Shown: positions 11,965 through 23,350, counted from the stretch's first letter. The stretch: 45,161 nucleotides of DNA from Octopus sinensis (GCF_006345805.1 NW_021834905.1:1-45161); one strand, 5' to 3'. Notes: generated by a model from the sequence alone, not told the origin. Numbers and translations are program-made.

Positions 11965-12280
11965 GTCATGCTGGAGCACACCTTGAAGATTTTTGTCCAA
12001 TGAATCGACGCCAGTTCTTACTTCTGATTCTGATACGTATTCTATCGTTCTCTGTTGTCGATCCACTAAGTAATGTTGGTATAAACAACCAAACGCCGGT
12101 TTTCAGGCAGCACAAAGGGGCACACTCTTACACACACACACTTTCCGTCAAACAACTTCACTTACAAGGCATTGACCAGCCCGGGCCTATAGTGGAAGAT
12201 AATTAGGTGCCGTGCATTGATACTGAACCCAAATCCACGTGGTTGCAACACGAACTTCTTAATTTCACAACCATGCGTGC
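11965..12280 (-). mobile_element. Decayed SINE family S3
   Basis: CATGCTGGAGCAC, TATTCTATCG, AAGGCATTGACCAGCCCGGGCCTATAG and ACTGAACCC motifs occur in S3 order. Confidence 0.65.
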
Positions 12281-13100
12281 ATCTGTTAGGGATGTTTAGT
12301 CTACTATTTTAATCTCGCCAATCCTTTAATATATTTTAAAAAAACAATATTCCATTATCGAAAAACACATTAACATACCATCTCTTTTTATTAGATATAT
12401 TTTTTTTATTGTTTTGCATTGTTCTCTATTAACTCCACTCCCATACCAACACACTGATTTCACCAGCTTTAACAAACTGTAGCTGCTCCATTTGTCACCC
12501 TGATATTCATTGTATTGAACCAATCCCAACTCCAACCACACACCTGTTTGATTGTTTGATTGTCTTATTGTTAAAAGCAATAGGGCAATCAAATTGATGA
12601 GATGACCTGTTTTAACCATTGACTCCTACTCCAGCCTCTCATTTCATCCTTTTCCCATCACCCTGTTCCTATTTTCGGCCAACTTTTTCTCTCTCTCTCC
12701 CTCTTCTGTTACCCATTCACCCTGTCTTAGCCACCCAGCTGTATTGCCCTCTGTAGACACTTACTCTACACCTAGAATAAATGAGCAGAATGGAAACACT
12801 TTACAAATCTTCTCAGATACTTTCTGATAAATGTGGATTTGGACAAATCGCAGCGCGTCACCTAGATTGTGCTGAGATAGAATTTTCGCTTGGTAAACAG
12901 GTAGAATTAGCATAAGTTGCTCAGAATTTCGGATAGTAGGCTTGGCAGACTAAAAATCCGTGAAGTGTACAGTCGATTTAAACAGAGTGCTTCCTTGCCG
13001 GTGCGGAAAGAGTTCAGAAATTAGATTCGCAATAAATGGGGAAATAACTTCAACGAGTAGGACGTGATAGAAAACTAAGAATTTTGGCAAAAGCGCTCAC

Positions 13101-13194
13101 TATGTTGTCGATAATGGCGATCGATAAACCTGTGTGATGATCGGCGATGTATCCACGATAACTACTGCATGATGTTAGAACCAGTCGGTAGAGC
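13101..13194. repeat. ~95 bp direct repeat, copy 1 (copy 2 at 15026-15133)
   Basis: TATGTTGTCGATA..ATGGCGATC.ATAAACCTGTGTGATGATCGGCGATGTATCCACGATAACTAC.GCATGATGT..TAGAACCAGTC.GTAGAGC is present at both sites. Confidence 0.92.
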
Positions 13195-13694
13195 ATCTGG
13201 CTTTGTCAAGGTACTGAACATTTTGAATCAGTTTAAAGCTTTCGGCATCGTTGACCATCGCCACACCGCATCTGTCGTGAAAACAGTCAGATTCAGTGGC
13301 GTCTCTGCAGGATGGGATGCTAAAATGTAGAGCAGCATTTGTTCGGTGGGCAAATAAAACGGCCACCTTCCAGAACTTTTGGCATATAACGCCCTGTTCG
13401 TCTCCCCTCTCTTGTGTCTTTTAGTGTTGGAACTATTGCCGCTGAAAACAGAAAATTGAAGAGTATCCCACTCGAACTGGATCACAAGAGATGTCATCCG
13501 TATCATCCGTGTCTCAGTATACACAGATGATATTACTGTCATGCATTCTCGTGTACACACACAAACGCTCGCACGAACGGATGTGTGCGTCAGGTCGCTT
13601 CTGAACTCTATTGGTAAAAAGTAACTTTATATAACTTGCTGCCATCGGCAAATCAAGCAGTTCTCTCACCAGACTAGCCCGAGGAGGAAGATTG

Positions 13695-13984
13695 CTTTTG
13701 ATTTTACCGCCTCTGGTTAGATATCTTTCATAGTCGCACCAAGACACTTTTCGATGGTGCTTTCCTCCAGGTGTTCAAATCTTTTTTGTTTCTCTACATT
13801 GTATACTTTATAGACAATAGTCTTTTCTTTAATTTAATTTTTTTTTTCGTTTGGTGGTGTTATCCTAGATTCACCGTCTTTGTCGGTGATCAATCCGTAT
13901 TTCTTCCATTTTAATTTCAATGTGTTTGCGCCCGCCGACGGCTGCAGCGAAATTCATTTTTGGACTTTCTTCTATCGAAGACAT
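13695..13984 (-). pseudogene. Probable 5' part of an L1/Tx1-like LINE ORF1 (frameshifted)
   Basis: ATG at 13984 gives MSSIEESPKMNFAAAVGGRKHIEIKMEE. After frameshifts it continues KEKTIVYKVYNVEKQKRFEHLEESTIEKCLG and YLTRG. An N-terminal (S/N)FAxAV motif is typical of L1/Tx1 ORF1. About 300 bp upstream may be the 5' UTR. Confidence 0.45.
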
Positions 13985-14786
13985 TTTAACAAAATTGCTT
14001 CCGTGTAAACAGTGAAAATGTTGTCAATTTCCCCAAACAGGGACACAATTCGATTTTTAAACAATAACCAAAGCTTCTTCTCCCAAAGAGGGAGGGTTAC
14101 GGTTTACAATTATTTAACAAATGCAACACAACAACGCTTCCCTTACGAGGAACCAACAAACGTGATAACAATAGTTAAACAGAAATAATAATAACAACAA
14201 ACCTTACGGTAAACCAAAAAGCAGTACTCTGTTGAAGCTATAGGCCTTTATGGATCAGAAATAAACCAACAGCGGTACTCAGTAGAAGCATCTTTCGAGA
14301 AAACAGACATTACATACAGCCAAACTTCATATAGATACTTAATGCTAGCTAATTAGCAAATAATCTAATGTAAAACCCGTGCACACCTCCATCTGGACTA
14401 TTCCATTTCTGCACACTAATTTTATTTTTAATTTATTCCCATTCATGTGAAACCACATATTCAAGTTCAAGTCATTGATGCAATTTTATACCAATTGCTA
14501 TTTTTACTTTTGTTATGTTACGATAATATTATACTTTAGTTTGATTTTAATTATTACTTACTACATATAATTCAATTGTTATTATCATTTTTTATTAAAG
14601 TGAAAGCATCTGACATAAAATAGAAAAATGTTTTTGTTTCACTTTTAACACGTAATACTGAAATAGTGGATAAGATATGATATTGCTATGGGCTCGCTCT
14701 AGGTAAGAAGTTGAACATTTTTTTTTACCCATGAAACTACATGGACTCTAAGTAAGGCATATGTAAAAAAAATAAATAAATAAGAA

Positions 14787-15025
14787 GGCGGCGAGCTGGC
14801 AGAAACGATAGCACGCCGGGTGAAATGCGTAGCCGTATTTCGTCTGCCGTTACATTCTGAGTTCAAATTCCGCCGAGGTCGACTTTGCCTTTCATCCTTT
14901 CAGGGTCGGTAAATAAAGTACCAGTTACGCACTGGGGTCGATGTAATCGACTTAATCCGTTTGTCTGTCCTTATTTATCCACTCTATGTTTAGCCTTTTG
15001 TGGGTAGTAAAGAAACAGATATTTC
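14787..15025 (+). mobile_element. SINE family S1, full length
   Basis: GGCGGCGAGCTGGCAGAAACG...GAGTTCAAATTCCGCCGAGGTCGACTTTGCC...GTGGGTAGTAAAGAAA. Confidence 0.92.
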
Positions 15026-15133
15026 TATGTTGTCGATAGTGTAATGGCGATCCATAAACCTGTGTGATGATCGGCGATGTATCCACGATAACTACGGCAT
15101 GATGTGATACATGTTAGAACCAGTCAGTAGAGC
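15026..15133. repeat. ~105 bp direct repeat, copy 2
   Basis: Matches 13101-13194 with two small insertions. Confidence 0.92.
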
Positions 15134-15239
15134 TGACTGGTTATATATTTTTAAAAGCCAATATTCTAAAACTGACAAAAAAAATAAAAAAACCTAGGGT
15201 CTGTGACTACTGTGCTCTATAACAGTGCACAGGAGAGGA

Positions 15240-16112
15240 CTGGTAATGTGGTACCAGACTTTAAAAGAAGTGCCATCGTCGATTTGTTAAACCTCAAAAC
15301 CTTACAGGCTGATGCCCTAGTATGGTCTCAATCCAAGAATGAAATAAGCAAAGGATAAAAGACAACCCCACACTAACTGGCTAGCATGTTCGGGGGAGGG
15401 AGTAAGTCGATTACATCAACCTCAGTATACAACTGGTACTTAAGGATTAAAAGCAAAGACAGCGGAATTTGAGCGTAAAGACGGACGAAATGCCGCTGTC
15501 CACTTTGTCCGGCGTACCCAGGATCTACAAGCACCCCGTCTACTGACGCATGTAATATCGGTTTCAAAGTTTGGCACAAAACCAGCAGACTTCAGTGATC
15601 AACTATTACTTCTTTTATCGATCCCGAGAGGATGAAAGGCAAAGTCAACCTCGTCGAAATTTGAATTAAGAACGTAAAGACAAACGAAATGTCACTTAGC
15701 ATTTTCATCGTCGTACTAACGATTCTACCAGCCCGTCGCCTACGGGTCAATGTAAAATCGGTCTCAAATTTTTGTGCAAGGCTAGAAGTTTCGAATGGGG
15801 AGGGGGCCAAGTCGATTAAATCGACCCCAGTGATCAACTGGTGCTTGTTTTATCAACCTCGAAAAGATGAAAGGCAAAGTCAACCACGGTGGAATTTGAA
15901 CTCAGAACGTAAGGACGGACGAAATACCTGTTTCTTTACTACCCACAAGGGGCTAAACACAGAGAGGACAAACAAGGGCAGACAAACGGATTAAGTCGAT
16001 TACATCGACCCCAGTGCGTAACTGGCGGAATTTGAACTGAGAACCTAGCGGAAGACGAAATACGGCTAAGCAGTTTACCCGGCGTCCTAACGTTGCTGCC
16101 AGCGCGACGCCT
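15240..16112 (-). mobile_element. SINE cluster: S3 tail fragment (+) then 3-4 tandem S1-type copies (-)
   Basis: Repeated GATGAAAGGCAAAGTCAACC and GGAATTTGAACT motifs near 15465, 15630, 15867 and 16027. Confidence 0.8.
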
Positions 16113-16709
16113 TTGAGTGATATATGTAATACCAACATGGCATATTGGTAATGTAGTCAAAATATCTTAATGACAGGTAGTAAGAGATATTGCCCTTTGC
16201 GGGAAGTCAGTGCTCAAGAAGCTAACGCAAATGCAGCAAAAAAGCTTAACGTCGAATGTTCTAACTATGCCACCAGGTTAATTTCTTAGATCTGGATTCT
16301 TTTTTATCGACCCCCGAGAGGCTGTAGCATGTTTAAAAAAAAAATTTTTTTTAACATTTTTAATGGGACACTCCTAAGAAGCTCGCTTCGCTTTAAGTCC
16401 CACAACGTGGTGCATTGGGGGAAACGTCATCCATTATAGCCCCGGATCCTCCAATGCTTTGTGGTTAAATTTAATATGTAAACCTTAAAAACAGAAAAGA
16501 TCCGAGAAAGATAGTTTATACAAAATTTTAATGTTTTACATACATTTCACTTGTAATAACAATGTTAGCCACATTTTTCAAATGGACGGAATTTTTTTAT
16601 GATAGATAAGCCACCAGATAAAATATATACACCTGAGAATCTGTCAGAAAATTACATCTTCAAAAGAACACACATACACATATATAAGAGTTTTAAAGGA
16701 ATATAACAA

Positions 16710-16736
16710 ATAATAATAATGATAATAATAATAATG

Positions 16737-16779
<43 letters not shown>

Positions 16780-16925
16780 TAATAATAATAATAATGATAA
16801 TAATAATATTAATAATAATAATAATAATAATATTAATAATAATAATAATAATAATAATAATGATAATAATAATAATAATAATAATAGTAGTAATAATAAT
16901 AATAATAATAATGATGATGATGATG
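16710..16925. repeat. (AAT)n/(GAT)n microsatellite, abutting the 3' end of the adjacent LINE
   Basis: Direct reading. Confidence 0.95.
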
Positions 16926-16934
16926 GTGTTGATG

Positions 16935-17615
16935 GTGATTTCTTTTGTTTGTGTCCAGGGTGAAGACTGAGGGGTGGGAGCAATACAAACACAGATATAA
17001 AGTGTTGGGGTTTACGTATAATGAAATTATAAAAAAAAGAAAATCGAAGGATACAGGGTATACAATAAAACAGAGAAGGAAAGGACGCATAGTAAACAAC
17101 AGTAAAACAAAGAAAAAAGATGATGGGGGGAGGTGGTCCTTCTGATGCAGGAGGACTTTAGGGATAATTGAGGAAACCCACTGTCCAAAATCTCCCTGAA
17201 CACCAAGGGCAAGGGCTCTCTCCAATTTCTTCTCCCTGACTCACGTCTACATTTAGATTGGTACCATCCATTCCGACCATTTTCGCAACATTCACTCATA
17301 TTTCAATAAATTCACTCGAGGACAGCACCCCCCCTCTCCACCCTCACTTTCCTTTTCAAGTGAAACTTGAAAAAGCCGAAGAAGGCTCTGCCAAAATGGA
17401 TTCTCTCTCTCCTCTTGTCTTTCAGCGTTGTCCACCAGATAACTTCTTTCGTACAGCCACCAGGTAAAGGAAAACTGCCTTACCTGCTCGATTAAAGTAG
17501 GGTGGCAGGGCAATCCTCTCTATGGACTTGACCGATAGACAGATCCCCCGCCCCACACGCGACAGCAGCTGTTCCACATTACTCTTCAAGTCAGCAATGC
17601 CCGGACACCGAATGA
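16935..17615 (-). mobile_element. 3' end of an L1/Tx1-like LINE ORF2 plus T-rich 3' UTR
   Basis: Minus strand IRCPGIADLKSNVEQLLSRV...PPYFNRAGKAVFLYLVAV/EVIWWT.../FFGFFKFHLKRKVRVERGVLSSSEF matches the L1/Tx1 C-terminal pattern after the zinc finger (C...IW...F..W). The UTR ends AACAAAAGAAA and then a microsatellite. Confidence 0.7.
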
Positions 17616-18311
17616 CACTTAAGACAACTCAATCTGACAGCACATCTGTATCTAAAGAGTTTATCTCGAACCGGTAGCGCCCTCAGTGTGGTTTGGTTTC
17701 AAATTTTGGCACAAAGTCAGACATAATGATAATGATATTAAATAATACATAGATATTACGACAATGATGCTGAATGCTTTAACTGGGACTAGAGAAAGAA
17801 TGTTCGTACCTGTAACATCTCATTTTTAAATAGTTTGAGGTAGAACGAATGCAATGTCTAATTCTATTATGGGCATCCGTATCCTGCATATATTCTGTGA
17901 CAGTAACACTTAAGGGGACATAGATTGGCAAGTCTACAATTACATCTACATTTTGTATCATTCGTACTAATTTGACTTAGCGAATGTAATATTTGATTCG
18001 ATAAGGTTACAATAGGTACGGCATTATTTTCAATATTGAATAAGGAGTGCTTTTATACATGCACTCTGCGTCATTGCGATCGATACTAAATTTATAACCC
18101 TCGACTATGCTTTTATTTTGTTTTATGCAAGCGTAATTATTCGGTGCAGGAGTAACATTAGTAACCATCTGCATCGTCTTGTGCGGATTGGTTTTAATAT
18201 CATTCGTATGGCTTCCATTAAAATCATTAATCACAATGATTGATATATCTATGTTTATGGATGTAATATTATCAGCGAAAAATATATTGGGTTTTCGTAT
18301 ATAGACACACG

Positions 18312-18348
<37 letters not shown>

Positions 18349-19604
18349 GCACACACACAGATAGATAGATACATACATACATACATCATACATACATAGA
18401 TAATACCCAATGCGTTTTTAGATACATACATACATACATGCATACATACATACATACATACATAATACATACATACATACATACATACATACATACATAC
18501 ATACATACATGCATGCATATGTAATACCCAATGCTTTTTTGTTCAATTCATATATTTTTTACATAACAAGATTTCACATGGACTTCGAATTTTCGACTTG
18601 ATCGATATTATTTGATGACGGCGAAAAAGCTAAAACTTCGAAATCCCGATCAACCTTTTGTTACACGCATACACACACACGCACAATGCATGCATACACC
18701 ACTGACAACATACATACACAACATCACACATTAATATATATATATATACACACACACACATACAGATATGTTTATATAGATGTCTATAGCACATATAAAC
18801 ACGCGCACATGCAAGCCGACGTATACACACTAATATACACATGTATGTGTATATATTAACTTCTTACGACAGGCTATCATCCACTAAACGCGCTTACATA
18901 TACACTCAGACACAAACACATTCACATTCATGCACACACACACACCCAGACATATAAGCAGCTAATTACAAGCAAAGCTTATTTTTCCTGCGTCGAGGCC
19001 CGGGTGCAGAAGTGTGCAAGGTGTGGTCGTACATGTCGTTGGAAGAGGGTTAATTATTGATGTTACCTATACCCTGAGGACACAGGTACGGGTTAAGATG
19101 GCGAGGGGTCGACGAAGTTAAATCCTGGCGCTGATAAGGAAGCGGAAGTAGGTGGAGTGTAAGGAAGAAAGCTAAATATATCCCTGTTTGCATGTAAATG
19201 TTATGTATATGTATGAATGTGTGCAGACTTTACTCATGCACACTATTAGGCTAGACACACGCATACACACACGCACGCACGTGTGTGTATGTATATATGA
19301 ATGTATATGTATACATGCATACATACACATATTTATGTGTACACACATAGAAGCGTGCGTTGAATCGTTTGCGTATGTGTATAGGAGAATAATTATGTAT
19401 ATATATTTAATGAATTAAGATCTCAAATGATGTAAACAACGATATCAAATATTTATATATATATTGTATATGTAATGTATATGTATATATATATATAGAT
19501 ATATATTATATATATATATATATTATATATATATATACATATACACATATATATATATGTATTATATATACATACATACATATATATATATATACCACAC
19601 ATAC

Positions 19605-19667
<63 letters not shown>

Positions 19668-20186
19668 TGTATGTATAGAATATATATATATCAGTATGCA
19701 TGTAGTTTTTTATGTGTTTGTGTAGCATCTGTGCGTATACTGGCGACGTTCCGGTTATAGGACTCTCCCAGTTTTTATATATTCGTAAATATATCCTGAA
19801 ATTAAGTAAAGTAAATTTAGACCGCGCCGTTGTTGTGAATTTCACTTCCATATTTCAGCGATACACTCACCTGTGTTTATATCTGTGTGTTTATTTATGC
19901 TTCGTTTTTTTTTTTCCCTGATTGCAATTATGGGAGAGCTGTAATGCTGGAGCACCATTGTCAGAGATTAAACAATTCTATTGACCGCAGTAGTTATTTC
20001 AGTCTGAAGTATATAATTAAGGTTGGGTTAGTCGAAACGCTAAGTTAAGGGGATATGAAAAAAACAAAAACGCGAACGTAAATGTCACCGGTTTTCAGAC
20101 TGTAAAAATAAACGGAAGCATATACATGGATACACACACACACTTAACGTGTGTATATATAGTGTGTATATATATATATATATACT

Positions 20187-20371
20187 ATGATTTATCGCTA
20201 GCCACTAAACCCTTTTTATTTTCTCTATTTATTTCTGTGTTCCTTTCTGTTGAAGAGCGTAGGCTCGAAACGTTAAAGACTTTTTCACTTCCCGAGCGTT
20301 ATACTAATACATTTGTATGTTGTCTACACCACTTGTCTTCATCTTTTGTTGTTTTTTTTTGTGAATTCTCT

Positions 20372-20373
<2 letters not shown>
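20187..20373 (+). mobile_element. Short PLE 3'-end element, family A
   Basis: Homologous to 8420-8600; flanked by (TA)n. Confidence 0.8.
20243..20278 (+). ncRNA. Minimal hammerhead motif (A6U variant)
   Basis: CTTT-CTGTTGA-A-GAGC(GTAG)GCTC-GAAA-CG-TT-AAAG. Confidence 0.62.
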
Positions 20374-20412
<39 letters not shown>

Positions 20413-20516
20413 CTGTGTTCGGTTTGTCCTTACACAGAGGCCATCCGGATTCCCGTTTGCGCCGTGAACAGGAATTAATCTTCTCTCTTCGCTCTTATAC
20501 GCCATTTGGTCTCAAC

Positions 20517-20859
20517 TCCCCCCCTCCTCATCTAACCCCTCTCCCCCCTCCTCTCCTACCTTCCCCCCCGACCCCTACTTCTTCAGTCCTTCATCCTTTC
20601 CACCCCTACTCCCTTCCCTTCTTCCCTCTTTCTCTCCCTCTTTCTTCCCTCCCTCCTTCCCTCTTCCCCTTCCCTCTTTCCCTCACTCCCCTTCTTCCTC
20701 TCTCCCCCTCTCTCTCTCCCCCTCTCTCTCCCCTCCGTCCCCTCTTTCCTTCTCCTTCCTCCTTCCTCTCTCCCCTCCTCCTCCCCTCCTCTCTCCCCCT
20801 CTCTCCCCCTCTCCCCTCCTCTCCTCCCTCTTCCCCCCCTCCCCCTTCTTCCTCTCTCC
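20517..20859. repeat. ~340 bp polypyrimidine (C/T) tract
   Basis: Almost exclusively C and T on the + strand. Confidence 0.95.
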
Positions 20860-20904
20860 ACACTACACCACACTACTTTACACATCACATCATATATGAT
20901 GTGC

Positions 20905-21278
20905 CATACTAATACATACACCAACTAATACATACTAATACATACTAATACATACTAATACATACACCAAACCTATACATACACACGTCCAGACCTCTCA
21001 TACGCACTAATACTCCTCATACACACACACACAAACAACACCCTTATACATACTAATACGTACTAATACATACTAATACATACTAATACATACACCAACC
21101 CTATACATACACACGTCCAGACCTCTCATACGCACTAATACTCTCTCATACACACACACACACACCCTTATACATACTAATACATACTAATACATACACC
21201 AACCCTATACATACACACGTCCAGACCTTCATACGCCCTAATACTCTCTCATACACACACACACCCACACACCCTTAT
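20905..21278. repeat. Nested minisatellite: 10-mer CATACTAATA inside three ~105-130 bp units
   Basis: The unit CATACACCAACCCTATACATACACACGTCCAGACCTCTCATACGCACTAATACTC starts near 20961, 21089 and 21193. Confidence 0.9.
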
Positions 21279-21451
21279 GTTGGAGCTGGTCACTCAACCC
21301 TATTATCAACCCTATTATCTCCCCTAATTTAGCTCTCGAGTCTCATGTTTGATCTTTGACTTCTGGCCGAAATCAGATCGCCATGTTGGTTCGTTAGTTA
21401 CTGCACGCATTTTTTTCTCTCCTTCTTTCAGTGTTTTTTTCTCTCTGTGTA

Positions 21452-21489
21452 TCTTTCTGTTGAAGAGCGTTGGCTCGAAACGTTAAAGA
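21452..21489 (+). ncRNA. Minimal hammerhead motif (A6U variant) at the PLE 3' end
   Basis: TCTTT-CTGTTGA-A-GAGC(GTTG)GCTC-GAAA-CG-TT-AAAGA; 5 bp stem I. Confidence 0.65.
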
Positions 21490-21599
21490 CTTGTTTTATT
21501 TATATTTCCTGAGCACCATACTAATACAATTGTTTGTTTGTTTTCCACCTGCCTTCGTCTTTTGTCTATTTTCATAAAGCTTCCCGTTATATTATATAT

Positions 21600-21660
<61 letters not shown>

Positions 21661-21679
21661 ACATATATATATATATACT

Positions 21680-21877
21680 CAATCCAAAGAAGACCAAGCA
21701 AGAAAAAACAACAATGCGAGGACGTGGTACAAGTACAGTGTTACTGGACGCTTAGGAAAGGAAAGAAAAGAAAGAGGATTTCACTTTTCGAGCGGAGCTC
21801 TGTGTCAGGAATATAGAAAAAGTCCAAAGAAGGGAAGACGGAGAAAGAAAATCGTCAACGATACACACGCGGTCACA
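21680..21877 (-). mobile_element. Short element family B with a decayed HHR (21778-21812)
   Basis: The reverse complement matches 4995-5210. The core reads CTGACAC-A-GAGCTCCGCTC-GAAA-AG-TG, with G8 and A9 mutated. Confidence 0.75.
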
Positions 21878-22124
21878 TATACATACATACATACATACAT
21901 ACATACATACACACACACATATATATATATATATATACACACGCATACACATACATACGTACACACACACACACACTCACACATATACATACATCTAATC
22001 TAATGAGTTACAACTGTGATGATGTTGGTAAAACATGTTCTTTGTCTATATCCTTATCCCCTTGGAGATTTTAGGTAAAATCATATTAATGTGTCCTTCT
22101 AATTTAATTAAATTCTATGTCTTT

Positions 22125-22218
22125 GTGCAGCTGAAGATTGCTCTACATTTTAAACTGATGTAATGAAATGATTGCATTGTTCAATTAAATGGAGTCGCAT
22201 GAAACGATCGTACTGCAT
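22125..22218 (+). ncRNA. Type I hammerhead ribozyme with long stem II
   Basis: GTGCAG-CTGAAGA-[63 nt imperfect hairpin TTGC...GCAT]-GAAAC-GATC-GTA-CTGCAT: 6 bp stem I, palindromic ACGATCGT stem III, GUA site. Confidence 0.8.
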
Positions 22219-22807
22219 TACCTCTGGATATCCATGTTGCTTATTTTGATATATATATATATATATAGTTTAAGCTTCTCTGTTTTCCAAATAACAAGAT
22301 TTCAGTCTTATTTGATCTTCCTCGGAGGATATTTATCATCCATCCAACAATATGCTGATAAAACAATAGCAGACTGATATTTAATTTTTACCTGCACAAC
22401 TGCTATCATATTCATAGGCGATAAGTTAGTAAGATTATTTCTGTTTGTTGTTAATCTATTTAGCAACAATTAAGTAGCAATCATGTGCTGTGAGTAAATA
22501 TCAAGGGATAGCAGTAGGCATTAATAAAATAAGCTGTCAGCAGAGGCCTTATCACTCTGAGATAATGGTAAAATATTTTGACAAATTAAAAAAGACAAAA
22601 ACACACATCGTATGCATACACACTCATACACAAACACTCACATATAGACATAGGTATGCGTGGGTGTGTGGGTGTGAGTGTATGTATGTATTTTTTTATT
22701 GTTACTTCGGCATAGCGATGCTAATAACCAGTTGTTGGAACACGATATACTTATGCTTCGGAATAAAGTGCCGCGCGAGTACAGATTGTAATATTAATTA
22801 ATGAATA

Positions 22808-22891
22808 AAGGGGAACAGGAAATTGTGTGAGGAACTTCATTAACTTACAGCTGTAACCTAATGAAGCTGATTACTTCATTCCTGTTCCCTT
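22808..22891. repeat. Imperfect ~84 bp palindrome centred on TTACAGCTGTAA
   Basis: GGGAACAGGAA/TTCCTGTTCCC and CTTCATTA/TAATGAAG arms around a perfect 12 bp palindromic centre. Confidence 0.88.
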
Positions 22892-22892
22892 G

Positions 22893-22929
<37 letters not shown>

Positions 22930-23006
22930 CATATATTCATATATATACATATGTAGGTATTACAAGATAAGGGCATGAGTAAGTATTTTATTTATATCTC
23001 GCGTAT

Positions 23007-23067
23007 TTGCCGCTGAAGAGGGGAAAATTTCTTATGAATTAACCCCGAAATTGGACCAATACGGTAA
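23007..23067 (+). ncRNA. Type I hammerhead ribozyme, canonical core
   Basis: TTGCCG-CTGAAGA-GGGG(AA AATTT CTTAT GAATT AA)CCCC-GAAA-TTG(GAC)CAA-TA-CGGTAA. All three stems pair; predicted cleavage after A23061. Confidence 0.88.
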
Positions 23068-23285
23068 TAACGAATTTTTTAGAGATTTCTATCGGTTTAT
23101 TTCGAGACACATAAATTTTAATGGTTATCGACAAAAAAATTTTTGTTTCGGCATATTTGGCATTAGAATTTTTCTTCTGCCCTTACCTTGTAAATTATGT
23201 ATAAATTTTACCTTTAAATGCATTTTTGATATGCTGGCCATTGATAAAAATTTCTTCCCGAAAAATTTTTCCCCTATTAATTATA

Positions 23286-23350
<65 letters not shown>

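Larger units (their letters stand above)
20409..21590 (+). mobile_element. 5'-truncated Penelope-like element: GIY-YIG C-terminus, long low-complexity 3' UTR, HHR-bearing terminus
   Basis: 20409-20519 encodes ISVFGLSLHRGHPDSRLRREQELIFSLRSYTPFGLNS, matching the PLE GIY-YIG terminal motif R..xE..xI..L.T..PxGLN. The element ends in the family A HHR unit, and both ends abut (TA)n. Confidence 0.78.

Noticed and set aside
13175-13747. Three overlapping minus-strand ORFs as a host gene
   Set aside because: Different frames, short, and no recognisable domain beyond the ORF1-like portion; no support without expression data.
20520-20924. Pro/Ser/Leu-rich and Gly/Glu/Arg-rich ORFs
   Set aside because: Artefact of the polypyrimidine tract; only 20409-20519 looks genuinely coding.
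20905-21278. Regularly spaced repeats resembling a CRISPR array
   Set aside because: The spacers are themselves repeated, the context is eukaryotic and there are no cas genes; this is a minisatellite.
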